Shown one piece after another: positions 1 through 9,674 of a stretch of DNA of 64,000 bases (the first letter of the stretch is position 1; the number at the start of each line of letters is the position of its first letter). The position numbers and the translations under genes were made by a program. Under the pieces are notes generated by a model. That model made no database searches. It worked only from the letters and a program-made list of their open reading frames with translations, and was not told where the DNA came from. The DNA lies in the NCBI GenBank assembly GCA_963815215.1, contig CAWFFU010000003.1, forward strand, positions 736,001-800,000, in the 5' to 3' direction. The stretch is from an uncultured Trueperaceae bacterium. GTDB taxonomy: Bacteria; Deinococcota; Deinococci; Deinococcales; Trueperaceae.

Positions 1-1
1 C

Positions 2-1255
2 CTCTTCCCGGCCGTCCACCCCTACTACGGGGACGACCCCCTGGTGGTCGATCGGGCCAAGGGACACACCGTCTGGGACGTCGAGGGGCGTTCCTACCTG
101 GATTTCTTCGGGGGCGTGCTCACGGTCTCGATCGGGCATGCCAACGACGACGTCAACGCGCGCGTGATCGAGCAGCTCCAGCGGCTGCAGCACACCTCGA
201 CGCTCTACCTCAACGAGATCATGGTGCGCGTTGCCGAACGGGTGGCAGCCGTCACGCCCGGCCGATTGCAGAAGTGTTTCTTCACCTCCAGCGGCAGCGA
301 GGCCAACGAGACGGCCGTGACCGCTGCCCGCATGGCCACCGGCCACAGCACCATCGTCACGCTCCGGCACGCCTACGCCGGCCGCACCATGGAGGCGATG
401 AGCCTGACGGGGCACGGCCCTTGGAGGCTGGGGGGCACGTTCGACGGCAACGTTCGGCACGTACGCAGCCCATATGCCTATCGGGCTCCCGTGGGGCTGA
501 GCGAGGCGGAGCTGGTCGACCTCTGCATCCAGGACCTGGAGGAGACGCTGGCGACCACCACCGACGGCACCATCGCCGCCTTCATGGCCGAGCCCATCCA
601 GGGCGTGGGCGGCTTCGTGGTGCTGCCGCGGGACTACCTGCGTCGCGTCGAGCCGATCGTGCGTGAAGCCGGCGGCCTGATGATCGTCGACGAGGTTCAG
701 ACCGGCTGGGGCCGGACGGGCCAGAGCTGGTGCGGCATCGAGCACTGGGGCATCTCCCCCGACATCATGACGTTCGCCAAGGGGATGGCGAACGGCGCGC
801 CCATCGGCTGCACCATCGCCACACCCGAGGTCGCCGACGCCCTGGTCGGCACCACCTTCTCGACCTTCGGCGGCAATCCCGTGTCGATGGCAGCTGCGCT
901 CGCCACCCTCGAGTACATCGAGCAGCACGATCTCCCGGACAACGCCCACCGTCAGGGCCTGCGGCTTCGCACCCGCCTCGAGGACGCTACCGCGCCATAC
1001 GCGTTCGTCGGCGACGTGCGCGGCATGGGCCTCATGCAGGCGCTCGAGATCGTGGCGCCGGACGGCTCCAAGGCCCCCGACCCGGATCGCGCCGACGCCC
1101 TCCTCGGCGCCGCGCGCCGTCGCGGCCTGCTGATCGGCAAGGGTGGCCTGTACAACAACGTGATCCGCATCGCCCCCCACCTCACGGTGGACGCCAAGGA
1201 GATCGATCAGGGCGTCGAGCTTCTAGCCCTGGCGCTGCGGGACGCCGCCGCCTAG
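2..1255 (+). CDS. Class III PLP-dependent aminotransferase (AGXT2/GabT-like), 5' end outside window
   Basis: Frame open from base 2. Motifs YLDFFGG, FTSSGSEAN, AEPIQGVGG, IVDEVQTGWGRTG, DIMTFAKGMANG (PLP lysine), STFGGNP. Confidence 0.9.
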   Translation, partial: LFPAVHPYYGDDPLVVDRAKGHTVWDVEGRSYLDFFGGVLTVSIGHANDDVNARVIEQLQRLQHTSTLYLNEIMVRVAERVAAVTPGRLQKCFFTSSGSEANETAVTAARMATGHSTIVTLRHAYAGRTMEAMSLTGHGPWRLGGTFDGNVRHVRSPYAYRAPVGLSEAELVDLCIQDLEETLATTTDGTIAAFMAEPIQGVGGFVVLPRDYLRRVEPIVREAGGLMIVDEVQTGWGRTGQSWCGIEHWGISPDIMTFAKGMANGAPIGCTIATPEVADALVGTTFSTFGGNPVSMAAALATLEYIEQHDLPDNAHRQGLRLRTRLEDATAPYAFVGDVRGMGLMQALEIVAPDGSKAPDPDRADALLGAARRRGLLIGKGGLYNNVIRIAPHLTVDAKEIDQGVELLALALRDAAA

Positions 1256-2727
1256 GGTCGGTCCAGCCCGGCCCAGCGCTGGAACAGGACCACCACCGGC
1301 GCCGAGCGTGCGGTGACGAGATCGATGTGCGTCACGCCGGGGACGACGTAGCGGGTCAGCGAGGAGCCCAGGCGGGCGTTGGCGTACGCGTCGAATCCAT
1401 CGAGATCGCGGATCATGCCGCGCCCAGAACCGATCGCCAGCGTGGGGACACGCACCGACGCCGTCGGCACGAAACCGGGGACCCCCACCAGGTCGACGCG
1501 CAACACCGACAGGTCGATCAACAGCCGCGCCGGGAAGTACCACTCGGCCCGGTCGGTGAGGGGGCCGTCCACGGTGCGCAGGTAGGCCCGGAGGTCGGTC
1601 GCTTCCGGCGGATCGCCCGCCGTCCAGCCGACCCGGTCGACCCCTGGAGCAACGCCCGTGACGGTGCGACTGCGCGCCCCGAACGCGCCCTCCAGCAGGA
1701 ACGGGAGCGAGTAACCGGAGGTGAGGGCGCCGGTCGCCTCGCCCAGAGAGGGCGCGAAGGTCGGCAACTCGACGTAGGTGTCGTCGGCCTCGATCCCGGC
1801 CAGCGCCAGCGTGCCGACCCTGAAGTCCGCCAGCTCGGGCGGGGCCAACGCATCGGGTCGCTCGAGGGCATAGGCCGCCACCACGGCGGCGCGCACGATG
1901 CGTTGGGGCACGATCCCGGGCCCGAGGTAGGGCGAAGCGCGGCCCGATTCGAGCGCAGCGATCGACGGCACCACCGTGAAGCCCACGATGGCGCGTCCGT
2001 CGACGGCATCGGGCAGGTCGAAGGTCCCGGTCCTGCCGGGACCGCCGTCCAACAGCACCAGCCCTGCGATGGTGTCGGCCCCAGGCCGGCCGTCGCCGCG
2101 CTGGTACGAGGCGTAGAGCGCCGCCAGGCTGGCGCCCAGCGAATGGCCGCCGAGGTACACGATGCCGGCCTCACGGTGAGCGCGATCGATGACGCGAGCC
2201 AGGTCTTCGAGGTGCACGCGCAGGCCCCAGAAGGCCATGAAACGCAGCTCGTCGGGCTTGGGAGGAGCGAACGCCGGCGCCGTGCCGCCCTCACCGAGAT
2301 AGTAGCGGAGGGCCGTTTCCGGGTTCCCGCTCCGGGCGGCGGCCTCGAAGCCGCGATGGTCCTCCAGGGCGTTCGATCGTCGATCGACGAGCCACACCTG
2401 CAGGCCGGGCGTGGCCGCCACCAGCTGTCGACCCAGGATCTCCAGGCTGGCCGCCCCGCCGAACAGCCCGGGCACCAGCACGAGCACCGCGCGGGCCGGT
2501 TCCGAGGCCCGCAGTCGGAGCACGTAGCTGCGGTTGAGGCGCGCCGGCGTGTGCGGTTCGGCGGCGCCCGGAACCGACAGGTAGTCGCCGGCCACGGCAT
2601 CCGGCGCCATCCGGTATGCCGGCACGGGAACGTTCAGCGGAAGCGACGCCCTCGGGATGGGCAGGCACGCCGCCGGCACGAGCGCGAGCAACAGCAGGGC
2701 TGCGAGAGCGAGCGGGCGCCGGATCAT
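1252..2727 (-). CDS. Putative lipoprotein alpha/beta-hydrolase
   Basis: ATG 2727 with GAGGTG SD. Signal peptide ending VPAAC (lipobox-like). GHSLG nucleophile elbow. C-terminal THID histidine. Confidence 0.7.
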   Translation of the reverse strand: MIRRPLALAALLLLALVPAACLPIPRASLPLNVPVPAYRMAPDAVAGDYLSVPGAAEPHTPARLNRSYVLRLRASEPARAVLVLVPGLFGGAASLEILGRQLVAATPGLQVWLVDRRSNALEDHRGFEAAARSGNPETALRYYLGEGGTAPAFAPPKPDELRFMAFWGLRVHLEDLARVIDRAHREAGIVYLGGHSLGASLAALYASYQRGDGRPGADTIAGLVLLDGGPGRTGTFDLPDAVDGRAIVGFTVVPSIAALESGRASPYLGPGIVPQRIVRAAVVAAYALERPDALAPPELADFRVGTLALAGIEADDTYVELPTFAPSLGEATGALTSGYSLPFLLEGAFGARSRTVTGVAPGVDRVGWTAGDPPEATDLRAYLRTVDGPLTDRAEWYFPARLLIDLSVLRVDLVGVPGFVPTASVRVPTLAIGSGRGMIRDLDGFDAYANARLGSSLTRYVVPGVTHIDLVTARSAPVVVLFQRWAGLDRP

Positions 2728-2770
2728 CACCTCACCGCGGCGCCACCTCCAGCGGCGCCACACTCCCAGC

Positions 2771-5266
2771 CTACGCCGACAGGCCTCCTCGAACGGTGAT
2801 CGTACGCCCGCTTCCGTCGTCCTGCCAGGCGATCTCCGCCGCTCGACGAGCGGCGTCCCAGCGGGCCTCGACCGCCGCGCCGTCCAACTCCACGCGGTCC
2901 GGCGGCGTGTCCAGGCGTAGCTCCACCACCAGCTTCCGAGGCGACGGATGGAACGTCCCTCCGCGTGCGCCGATCTCTACGATCAGCCCGCCGACCGTAC
3001 GCCGGGAGCGCAGCGCCGTGCGCGCCACCCCGCCGGTCTCCCAGGCCGTCGATCGTCCGTCGTCCTCGACCACCTCGAACGTGCTCTCGTCGACGGGCGA
3101 CGACACCACGATGCGCAGCTCCGACAACGGCGTCGCCGTACTGGAGCGTTCGTCCCCCATGGGGAGCAACGCGCCTTCGCGCAACAACAGCGGCGGCCGC
3201 CCCGGGATCGCCTCGACGACGGCCGGTCGCGACCTCCCGGCGTCCTCGTCGGCCAGCGGCCGCCCGCTCCAGAAGTCGAGCCATCGGCCCGGCGGAAGCA
3301 CCACGGTCCGCCAGCGACAGCGCGCCTCCAGCGCCGGCGCGACCAGCAACCAGGGCCCGAGCATGAAGGCGTCCTCGACGTCGAACGTCTGCTCCACATC
3401 GGGGAAGGCATAGCCCATCGCGCGCATCAACGGCGCGCCGCTCGCCGCAGCCTGGTGGGCCAGCGTCGCCAGGTAGGGAAGCAGTCGATAGCGCAGCCGC
3501 AGCGCCTCCCGCGCCACCGCCTCCACCGCCTCGCCGAACGCCCAGGGTTCCTGGTCGCGCGTGCCCATGGCGCTGTGATCGCGCATGAACGGATAGAACG
3601 CTCCCAGCTCCATCCAGCGGGAGAACAGCTCGGGGCGCGCGTTCTCGAAGAACCCCCCGATATCGACCCCGGCGTGCGGCATCCCCGACAACCCCATCGA
3701 CAGGAGCTGTGGAACGCTCATCGCCAGGTGCTCCCACCAGCTGTTGTTGTCGCCCATCCAGGTGACGCAGGTGGTCTGGCTGCCGGGGAAGGCCGACCGC
3801 GTCAACACCCACGGCCGGACCCCGGGCGCATGCCGCGCCAGGCCCTCGAAGGTGGCGCGCCCCTCGAGGGTCGCGTAGAGGTTGCGCACCTCCAGGTGCG
3901 TAGCGGCCTCGTCGGTCCCGCCGTGGCGCGTGTCGAGCGGGAAGGGTCGGTCACGGGCCTCCCCGGTGGAGAACGGCCGGTCGAACGCCGTCGGTTCGTT
4001 CATGTCGTTCCAGACCCCATCGACGCCGTTCTCGACCAGGCTGGTGCGGTGCTGGTCCCCCCACCAGTCGCGCACCTCGGCCCGCGTGAAGTCCGGGAAC
4101 AGCGCGCGCTCCGGCCAGACGTAGCCCCGCAACGGCGAGCCGTCGCTGTTGCGCAGCGCGTAGCCACGCGCCAGGAGCTCGTCCGCGACTCCGTAGCCGG
4201 CGCCCGGTTCGTCCTTGATGCCCGGGTCGATGATGGCGACCAGGCGCGCGCCGCGCTCGTGCACCCGCTCGGCGAACGCCTTCGGATCGGGGAAGCGCTC
4301 CGGATCCCAGGTGAACGAGCGGAAGCCACGCATGTAGTCGATGTCGAGGTGCACAGCGTCGAGCGGTAGATCGCGCGCCCGGAAGGTGTCGACCAGCGCG
4401 ACCACCTCGTCGGCACTGGCGTATCCCCAGCGAGATTGATGGAAGCCGAGCGCCCAGACCGGTGGCAGCAGCGGCCTGCCGGTCAGGCGCGTGAGCTGCT
4501 CCACGACGGCGGCGGGCGTGGGGCCGGCGAACAGGAACAGGTCCAGCTCGGCGCCGAGCGCGTCGATCGTCAGGCGGTCGGGATGGCCGGCGCCGGCGTC
4601 GAAGCGGCTGAAGTGGCTGACGTGAAGGAACGCTCCGAAGGCGCGGCCGGGCTTCGCGGCCAGGAACAGCGGCTGCGCCTGGTACAGGTTGTCGGTGCCG
4701 CGATGGTGGGCGATCCCGAAGGTGTCGGAGGTCCAGTTCGTGAGGCTGCGGCCGCGCCGGTCGAGCCCTCCGGTACGCTGCCCGAACCCCCACAGACGGT
4801 CCTCCGGATCGAGCTGGAAGGACTGACGCAGCACGACGCCGTCGCGGCCGGCCGGCAAGGCGTCGCCGTCGCGATGCGGCACGCGCAGCCGATCGAGGCG
4901 TGCGCGCCCCCAGCGAGCGAGCTCCGTCGACGCCAGCCAGGTCGCGCCGTCCGCGCCGCGCACCGCCAGGGCCGCGCCGTCGCCTTCCAGCGCCACGCGC
5001 ATCCCGTCGAGCTCGAGGATTGCGCCGCCGTCGGTCTCGACGGCGACAGCGTCGGCGGGCGGCAACCCGGACCGCACGCCTTCCCAGGTCCTGGCCGGCG
5101 CGAACGCCGCCTCCGCCAGCCGGACCCGCGCGATGCCGTCGCTCACCGCCTCGACGCGGAGTCGCGCGCGCTCGTAGCGGGCCTCGATCGCGCCTGCCTC
5201 GGCACGGATGCGAAGCATGGACCCCGGGGAGCGGGGAGCGGTCTCGAAGATGTCGGCGTCGTCCAT
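2771..5266 (-). CDS. Glycoside hydrolase family 31 (alpha-glucosidase)
   Basis: ATG 5266 with GGAGGAGG SD. WALGFHQSRWGY, HLDIDYM, GVWNDMNEP (nucleophile), WMGDN (acid/base), GVDIGGF. Confidence 0.93.
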   Translation of the reverse strand: MDDADIFETAPRSPGSMLRIRAEAGAIEARYERARLRVEAVSDGIARVRLAEAAFAPARTWEGVRSGLPPADAVAVETDGGAILELDGMRVALEGDGAALAVRGADGATWLASTELARWGRARLDRLRVPHRDGDALPAGRDGVVLRQSFQLDPEDRLWGFGQRTGGLDRRGRSLTNWTSDTFGIAHHRGTDNLYQAQPLFLAAKPGRAFGAFLHVSHFSRFDAGAGHPDRLTIDALGAELDLFLFAGPTPAAVVEQLTRLTGRPLLPPVWALGFHQSRWGYASADEVVALVDTFRARDLPLDAVHLDIDYMRGFRSFTWDPERFPDPKAFAERVHERGARLVAIIDPGIKDEPGAGYGVADELLARGYALRNSDGSPLRGYVWPERALFPDFTRAEVRDWWGDQHRTSLVENGVDGVWNDMNEPTAFDRPFSTGEARDRPFPLDTRHGGTDEAATHLEVRNLYATLEGRATFEGLARHAPGVRPWVLTRSAFPGSQTTCVTWMGDNNSWWEHLAMSVPQLLSMGLSGMPHAGVDIGGFFENARPELFSRWMELGAFYPFMRDHSAMGTRDQEPWAFGEAVEAVAREALRLRYRLLPYLATLAHQAAASGAPLMRAMGYAFPDVEQTFDVEDAFMLGPWLLVAPALEARCRWRTVVLPPGRWLDFWSGRPLADEDAGRSRPAVVEAIPGRPPLLLREGALLPMGDERSSTATPLSELRIVVSSPVDESTFEVVEDDGRSTAWETGGVARTALRSRRTVGGLIVEIGARGGTFHPSPRKLVVELRLDTPPDRVELDGAAVEARWDAARRAAEIAWQDDGSGRTITVRGGLSA

Positions 5267-5411
5267 ACGACCTCCTCCCCCGAGCTTACGCAAGGCGGCC
5301 TCTGGGGGTCGCCGGAAGGCTCCGTGTAAGCATTTCCTTAGTCCCCGCTCCCCCTCCGGGAGTACACTCCGGGCACGGTCGGAGGGGGTCGACCCGACCC
5401 GAAGGGATGAC

Positions 5412-6506
5412 GTGTTCAGACGCCTCTTCTCCTCCTCGGAAGGTGATGCGGGCCCGGACCTGCTCGGCGCGATCGAGCGGCTGCTGAGCATGCCGCGCGC
5501 AGACGAACGCAGCGCCGAGTCGCTTCGCGGCCTGGCGCGTACGCTCCCGGGCGACGTGCGCGGCTACGTCGTGCGCGGCAACGAGCGCGGCGCGTACGCC
5601 TTCGAGGCCGTGCACGGCTACAGCCCCTCGATGTTGACGCTCACGCCGGATCATGGCCCGTGGCGGGAGCCCGGCCCGCGGCTCGTTGGGAACCTGGTGT
5701 CGGAACTGTTCACGCCGAACTCGGCCGAGATCCGCTCGGCGTACGGCGAGCTCGGCCTACGCAACGCCACCAGCAGCCTGGTGGTGCCGGTGGCGGGTCG
5801 CTTCGTACGGCACGGCTCGCTGGTGTTGCACCGTCACTCCGGAGCTGCGTTCGATGACGACGAGTTGCGGCTCGCGGCTCGCTGGGGCTCGATCCTGGGC
5901 GAGGCGCAGAGTCAGGCCTTCGAGCTGCGCCGCACCAAGCTCAGCCTGGTGGAGTTCACGCGGGCCTTCGTACAGGCCATGGAGGCACAGGACTTCGCAC
6001 AGCTCGGGCACGCCGAGCGGGTCACCGCCTATGCCCTGGCGCTCGGGCGCACCCTGGAGCTTCCCAACCACGAGCTGGCAGATCTGTACTTCGCCGCCAT
6101 GCTGCACGACATCGGCAAGCTGGGTGCGGGTCTGGACCTGTCGATCGAGGACATGGAGCATCCGCAGCGCGGCGCCAACCTGGTGGCCTCGGCGGCCCTG
6201 CTCCGCCCGGCCTCGGAGGGCATCCGCGCCCACCACGAGAACTGGGATGGTTCCGGCTTCCCGGGCGGGCTGCGCAAGGAGCAGATCCCCATGCTGGCGC
6301 GCATCGTGGCCGTCGCCGACGTCTTCGACATGCTCTCCAGCGAACGGGGCCAGGCGATGCCGATGCGCGAGGTCGAGAAGGCGTTGGAGGCGCGCAGCGG
6401 CCGTGAGCTCGAGCCGTCGCTGGTGCAGCTGCTCATCAACATCCTCAGGCAAGGTAAGTCGACCGCTGATCTGTCCAAGCTGGAGCTGAGCGACCTGCCG
6501 TTCTAG
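5412..6506 (+). CDS. GAF-like plus HD-GYP-type HD domain protein
   Basis: GTG 5412 after GAAGGGA. GHAERV, MLHDIGK, HHENWDGSGFPGGL, RIVAVADVFD. TACACT at 5363-5368 upstream. Confidence 0.8.
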   Translation: MFRRLFSSSEGDAGPDLLGAIERLLSMPRADERSAESLRGLARTLPGDVRGYVVRGNERGAYAFEAVHGYSPSMLTLTPDHGPWREPGPRLVGNLVSELFTPNSAEIRSAYGELGLRNATSSLVVPVAGRFVRHGSLVLHRHSGAAFDDDELRLAARWGSILGEAQSQAFELRRTKLSLVEFTRAFVQAMEAQDFAQLGHAERVTAYALALGRTLELPNHELADLYFAAMLHDIGKLGAGLDLSIEDMEHPQRGANLVASAALLRPASEGIRAHHENWDGSGFPGGLRKEQIPMLARIVAVADVFDMLSSERGQAMPMREVEKALEARSGRELEPSLVQLLINILRQGKSTADLSKLELSDLPF

Positions 6507-7582
6507 CCTCCCTCCCCAGCGAAGCGGTACTCCACCACCTGACGGTACGTCTCGCCGGGCCGTAACCACACCGACGGGAAGCGCGGCGTGTTGACGGCGT
6601 TGGGGTACGCCTGGGCCTCCAGCGCTACGCCCGCGTGACGGGCGTAGCGGACGCCCCCCTTCCCCACCAGGCTGCCGTCGAGGCCGTTGCCGGTGTAGAG
6701 CTGCAGGCCGGGCTGCGTGGTCCAGACCTCGAGCGTTCGGCCGGTAGCGGGATCGCTCAGCCGCGCCGCCGGGCGCAGCGTTCCGGGCGTGCCGGACAGC
6801 ACCACGTTCACGTCGTAGCCACCGGCCACCGCCGGACCGCCGAGATCGCGGCCGAGCGCCTTGGGGCGCCGGAAGTCGAACGCGGTGCCGGCCACGTCCA
6901 GCACCTCTCCGGTTGGGACGAGGTCGGGTCCGGTCGGCGTGAAGCGCTCCGCGAACAGCGTGAGCCGGTGCTCCAGCACGTCGCCCGACGCGTGGCCGGC
7001 CAGGTTGAAGTAGGGGTGGTGCGTGAGGCTCACCGGGGTGAGGGCGTCGCTCACGGCAGTCAGCTCCAGGCGAAGAGCGCGGCCCGGACCGAGGCGGTAC
7101 GCAGCGCGCGCCGCCACAACCCCGGGGAAGCCTCCCTCCCCGTCCTCCGATCGGTACTCGAACGCCACCCCCGGCGCGTCCGCGTCGTCCAGTGCCTGCG
7201 CGGCCCACACACGGGTGTGGAAGCCCGTCGGCCCACTGTGCAACAGGTTCTCGCCGTCGTTGGCGTCGAGCGCCACCCTGCGCCCATCGAGCTCGAAGGC
7301 GGCACCGCCGATGCGGTTGGCCACCCTTCCGATGAGCGCGCCCAGGTAGGGCTGCTCCTGGGCGTAGGCCTCGCCCACGGGCCCGTTCAACCGGTCGAAG
7401 CCGAGGACAACGTCGACCGCCGGCCCCGGAATCGCGGGAAGCTCGAGCCCCACCAGCGTGCCGCCGTAGTCGCTCAGGCGAGCGACCATGCCTGCACGAT
7501 TGTGCAGTGTGAACAGCGACGCCTCCCGATCGTGCACCCGTCCCCAGGCCCGTTGCCGGCACCCCAACGGTTCCTCGCCCAC
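6503..7582 (-). CDS. galM: Aldose 1-epimerase (galactose mutarotase)
   Basis: GTG 7582 with GGAAGGAGG SD. GRVANRI, LHSGPTGF, SLTHHPYFNL, PGLQLYTGN, VALEAQ. Confidence 0.92.
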   Translation of the reverse strand: MGEEPLGCRQRAWGRVHDREASLFTLHNRAGMVARLSDYGGTLVGLELPAIPGPAVDVVLGFDRLNGPVGEAYAQEQPYLGALIGRVANRIGGAAFELDGRRVALDANDGENLLHSGPTGFHTRVWAAQALDDADAPGVAFEYRSEDGEGGFPGVVAARAAYRLGPGRALRLELTAVSDALTPVSLTHHPYFNLAGHASGDVLEHRLTLFAERFTPTGPDLVPTGEVLDVAGTAFDFRRPKALGRDLGGPAVAGGYDVNVVLSGTPGTLRPAARLSDPATGRTLEVWTTQPGLQLYTGNGLDGSLVGKGGVRYARHAGVALEAQAYPNAVNTPRFPSVWLRPGETYRQVVEYRFAGEGG

Positions 7583-7705
7583 CGGCGTCCCTCCTTCCGG
7601 GGCCTCCGCGCGCGCGGCCCCACAGCAGGATACCCACGAGCACGGTGCGGGACCGTCACAGACGGGTCCGATGGGGCTCGGGCGGGGCCCGTGGTAGGTT
7701 GTGAC

Positions 7706-8413
7706 ATGGCCGTCGAGGTGTGCAGCTACCGCTTGACCCTCAAGGGCAAACCGGTCGGTAGCCACGAACTCAAGACCCTCCACCGCGGCCGCTCCACGCT
7801 GCTCGAGGGACGGGCCCAGTTCCAGGGCCCGCTGGGGAGCGGAAGCGTCGTCCAGCGCAGCCGCTGCGCTGCCAGCGAGCGCGTCAGTCAGCGTTTCCGG
7901 GAGGACTGGAACGAACGCTCCGGACAGCGCAGCTTCGACGTGGTGTTCGACCCCGACGAGGGCTTGGTGAGGGCCTCCAAGGGGCGCGATCAGGCCACCG
8001 CTCCGTACCTTCTGCCCTACCGCGACCCGCTCTCGCTACTGCTCGAGCTGCGCGAGCTCGGCAACGTCGAGCACCGGGTGGTGCCCATGCTGGGCAAGGA
8101 CGTCACCGTGCAACGGGTCGGCGAGGTCGAGCTCGATACCGTGCTGGGAACCCGCGATGCCGTCGCCTACCTGCTCCACCCGGGCGGCAACGTGGTCTAC
8201 GTCGACCGCGCTCCCCCGCACCTGCTGCTCAAGTTCTCCCAGCGCCTCAACGACGGCTTCGTGGACGCGCTGCTGGTCAAGGTCGACGAGGAGGATGCGT
8301 TGCAGGATTTCGACGCACCCTCCGGAGGCGACTCCGGCCGCCGCGGCAGTGGCAAGCGTCGGCGGCGGTCGCGCAAGCGGCGGCCGCGGCGCGGCAAGGG
8401 CCGTGACGGTTAG
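7706..8413 (+). CDS. Hypothetical protein, beta-rich, with Arg/Lys-rich C-terminal tail
   Basis: ATG 7706 is 5 nt after TAGGTT. Host-like codon usage. Overlaps the folC start. Confidence 0.7.
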   Translation: MAVEVCSYRLTLKGKPVGSHELKTLHRGRSTLLEGRAQFQGPLGSGSVVQRSRCAASERVSQRFREDWNERSGQRSFDVVFDPDEGLVRASKGRDQATAPYLLPYRDPLSLLLELRELGNVEHRVVPMLGKDVTVQRVGEVELDTVLGTRDAVAYLLHPGGNVVYVDRAPPHLLLKFSQRLNDGFVDALLVKVDEEDALQDFDAPSGGDSGRRGSGKRRRRSRKRRPRRGKGRDG

Positions 8414-9674
8414 CGCCGCCCCCGACCACGCGCCCGAGCTCCCCTCCTACCGCGACGCGCTGAGCTGGCTGTACGGCCGCGTGCGTGGAGCGGCGCCACG
8501 CGACCCCGCACGCATGGCTGCGCTGCTCGAGGCCCTGGCGCTGCCGTCGCCCGACCACGTGGTCCACGTGGTCGGCACCAACGGGAAGGGGACCGTGACC
8601 GCCATGGTGGACGCCGGGTTACGCGCCTGGGGCGAGCCCTGCGGTCGCTTCGTGTCGCCACACGTGGAGGACTTCCGCGAGCGCGTGAGCGTGGACGGGA
8701 AGCTGGTGTCGCGGGAGACGGTTCGACGCTTCGTAGCGCGGGCGCGGCGACTCGAGATGGTGCCGGCGCCCGCCTTCTTCGAGTGGACGCTGGCGCTGGC
8801 GCTCACCGCCTTCGCACACGCCCGGCTGAACTGGGCGGTGGTCGAAGCCGGCGTCGGCGGGGCCCGCGACGCTACGCGTGCGCTGACGGGCGTGCGTCTG
8901 GTGGTCCTGACCAACGTCACGCCCGATCATCTGGAGACGCTCGGCCCCGATCTCGCCAGCATCGCTCGCGACAAGGCGGGGGCCCTGCGACCCGGGATCC
9001 CAACGGTGACCGGAGCGCGCGGCGACGCCCTGGAGGTAGTTCGCGCCGAGGCACGCCGACGTGGGGCGCCGCTGTTCATCGAATCGTCGGGGCAGCCACT
9101 GTTCGACCTCCCGGCGCTGAGCCGTGACCTCGGTACGACCCGCACCGCCAACGCCCGCCTCGCAGCCGCCGCTCTGCGACTGCTCGGCGCGCCCGAACAG
9201 GCGGTGGCCACGGGCATCGCCGCGCCACCCCTGCCGGGCCGGGGCGAGCGATTCCAGATCCGGGGCTGCGAAGTGCTGCTCGATGGCGCGCACGATCCGG
9301 CCGCCGCCGAAGCCCTCGCCGCCGGCTTGGAGCCCGGCTTCGTGCTGCTGTTCGGCGCACTCGCCCGCAAGCAGGCGGCCGCCACGCTGGCCGCGCTGGA
9401 ACGCGGCGCCGCGGCGGTCGTGCTCACCGAGGCGGCGCTCGGCGAGCAGCCGCCGTCCGTACGATCCGGCGACCGGTTCGTGGCCGACCCCGCTCGTGCG
9501 CTCGATCTCGCGCTCGCGCTGGCGGCTCGGGACGCCTCGCGACGGCCCGACGGGCCGCCACCGCGCGTGGTCGTGGCGGGCTCGCTGTACCTGGCGGGAC
9601 GCTTGCGGCCGCTCCTCCGGCGCCGTGCGCGCCGGCACACATCCCCGACGGCAGCCACGGGAACGCGACCGTGA
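8403..9674 (+). CDS. folC: Bifunctional dihydrofolate/folylpolyglutamate synthase
   Basis: HVVGTNGKGT, SPHVEDFRER, VVEAGVGG..DAT, LLDGAHDP, VVAGSLYLAG. Start codon approximate. Confidence 0.88.
   Translation: MTVSAAPDHAPELPSYRDALSWLYGRVRGAAPRDPARMAALLEALALPSPDHVVHVVGTNGKGTVTAMVDAGLRAWGEPCGRFVSPHVEDFRERVSVDGKLVSRETVRRFVARARRLEMVPAPAFFEWTLALALTAFAHARLNWAVVEAGVGGARDATRALTGVRLVVLTNVTPDHLETLGPDLASIARDKAGALRPGIPTVTGARGDALEVVRAEARRRGAPLFIESSGQPLFDLPALSRDLGTTRTANARLAAAALRLLGAPEQAVATGIAAPPLPGRGERFQIRGCEVLLDGAHDPAAAEALAAGLEPGFVLLFGALARKQAAATLAALERGAAAVVLTEAALGEQPPSVRSGDRFVADPARALDLALALAARDASRRPDGPPPRVVVAGSLYLAGRLRPLLRRRARRHTSPTAATGTRP

Noticed and set aside
5325..5338. LacI-like operator TGTAAGCATTTCCT upstream of GH31
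   Set aside because: Only half matches and the central CG is missing, so it is too weak to call.
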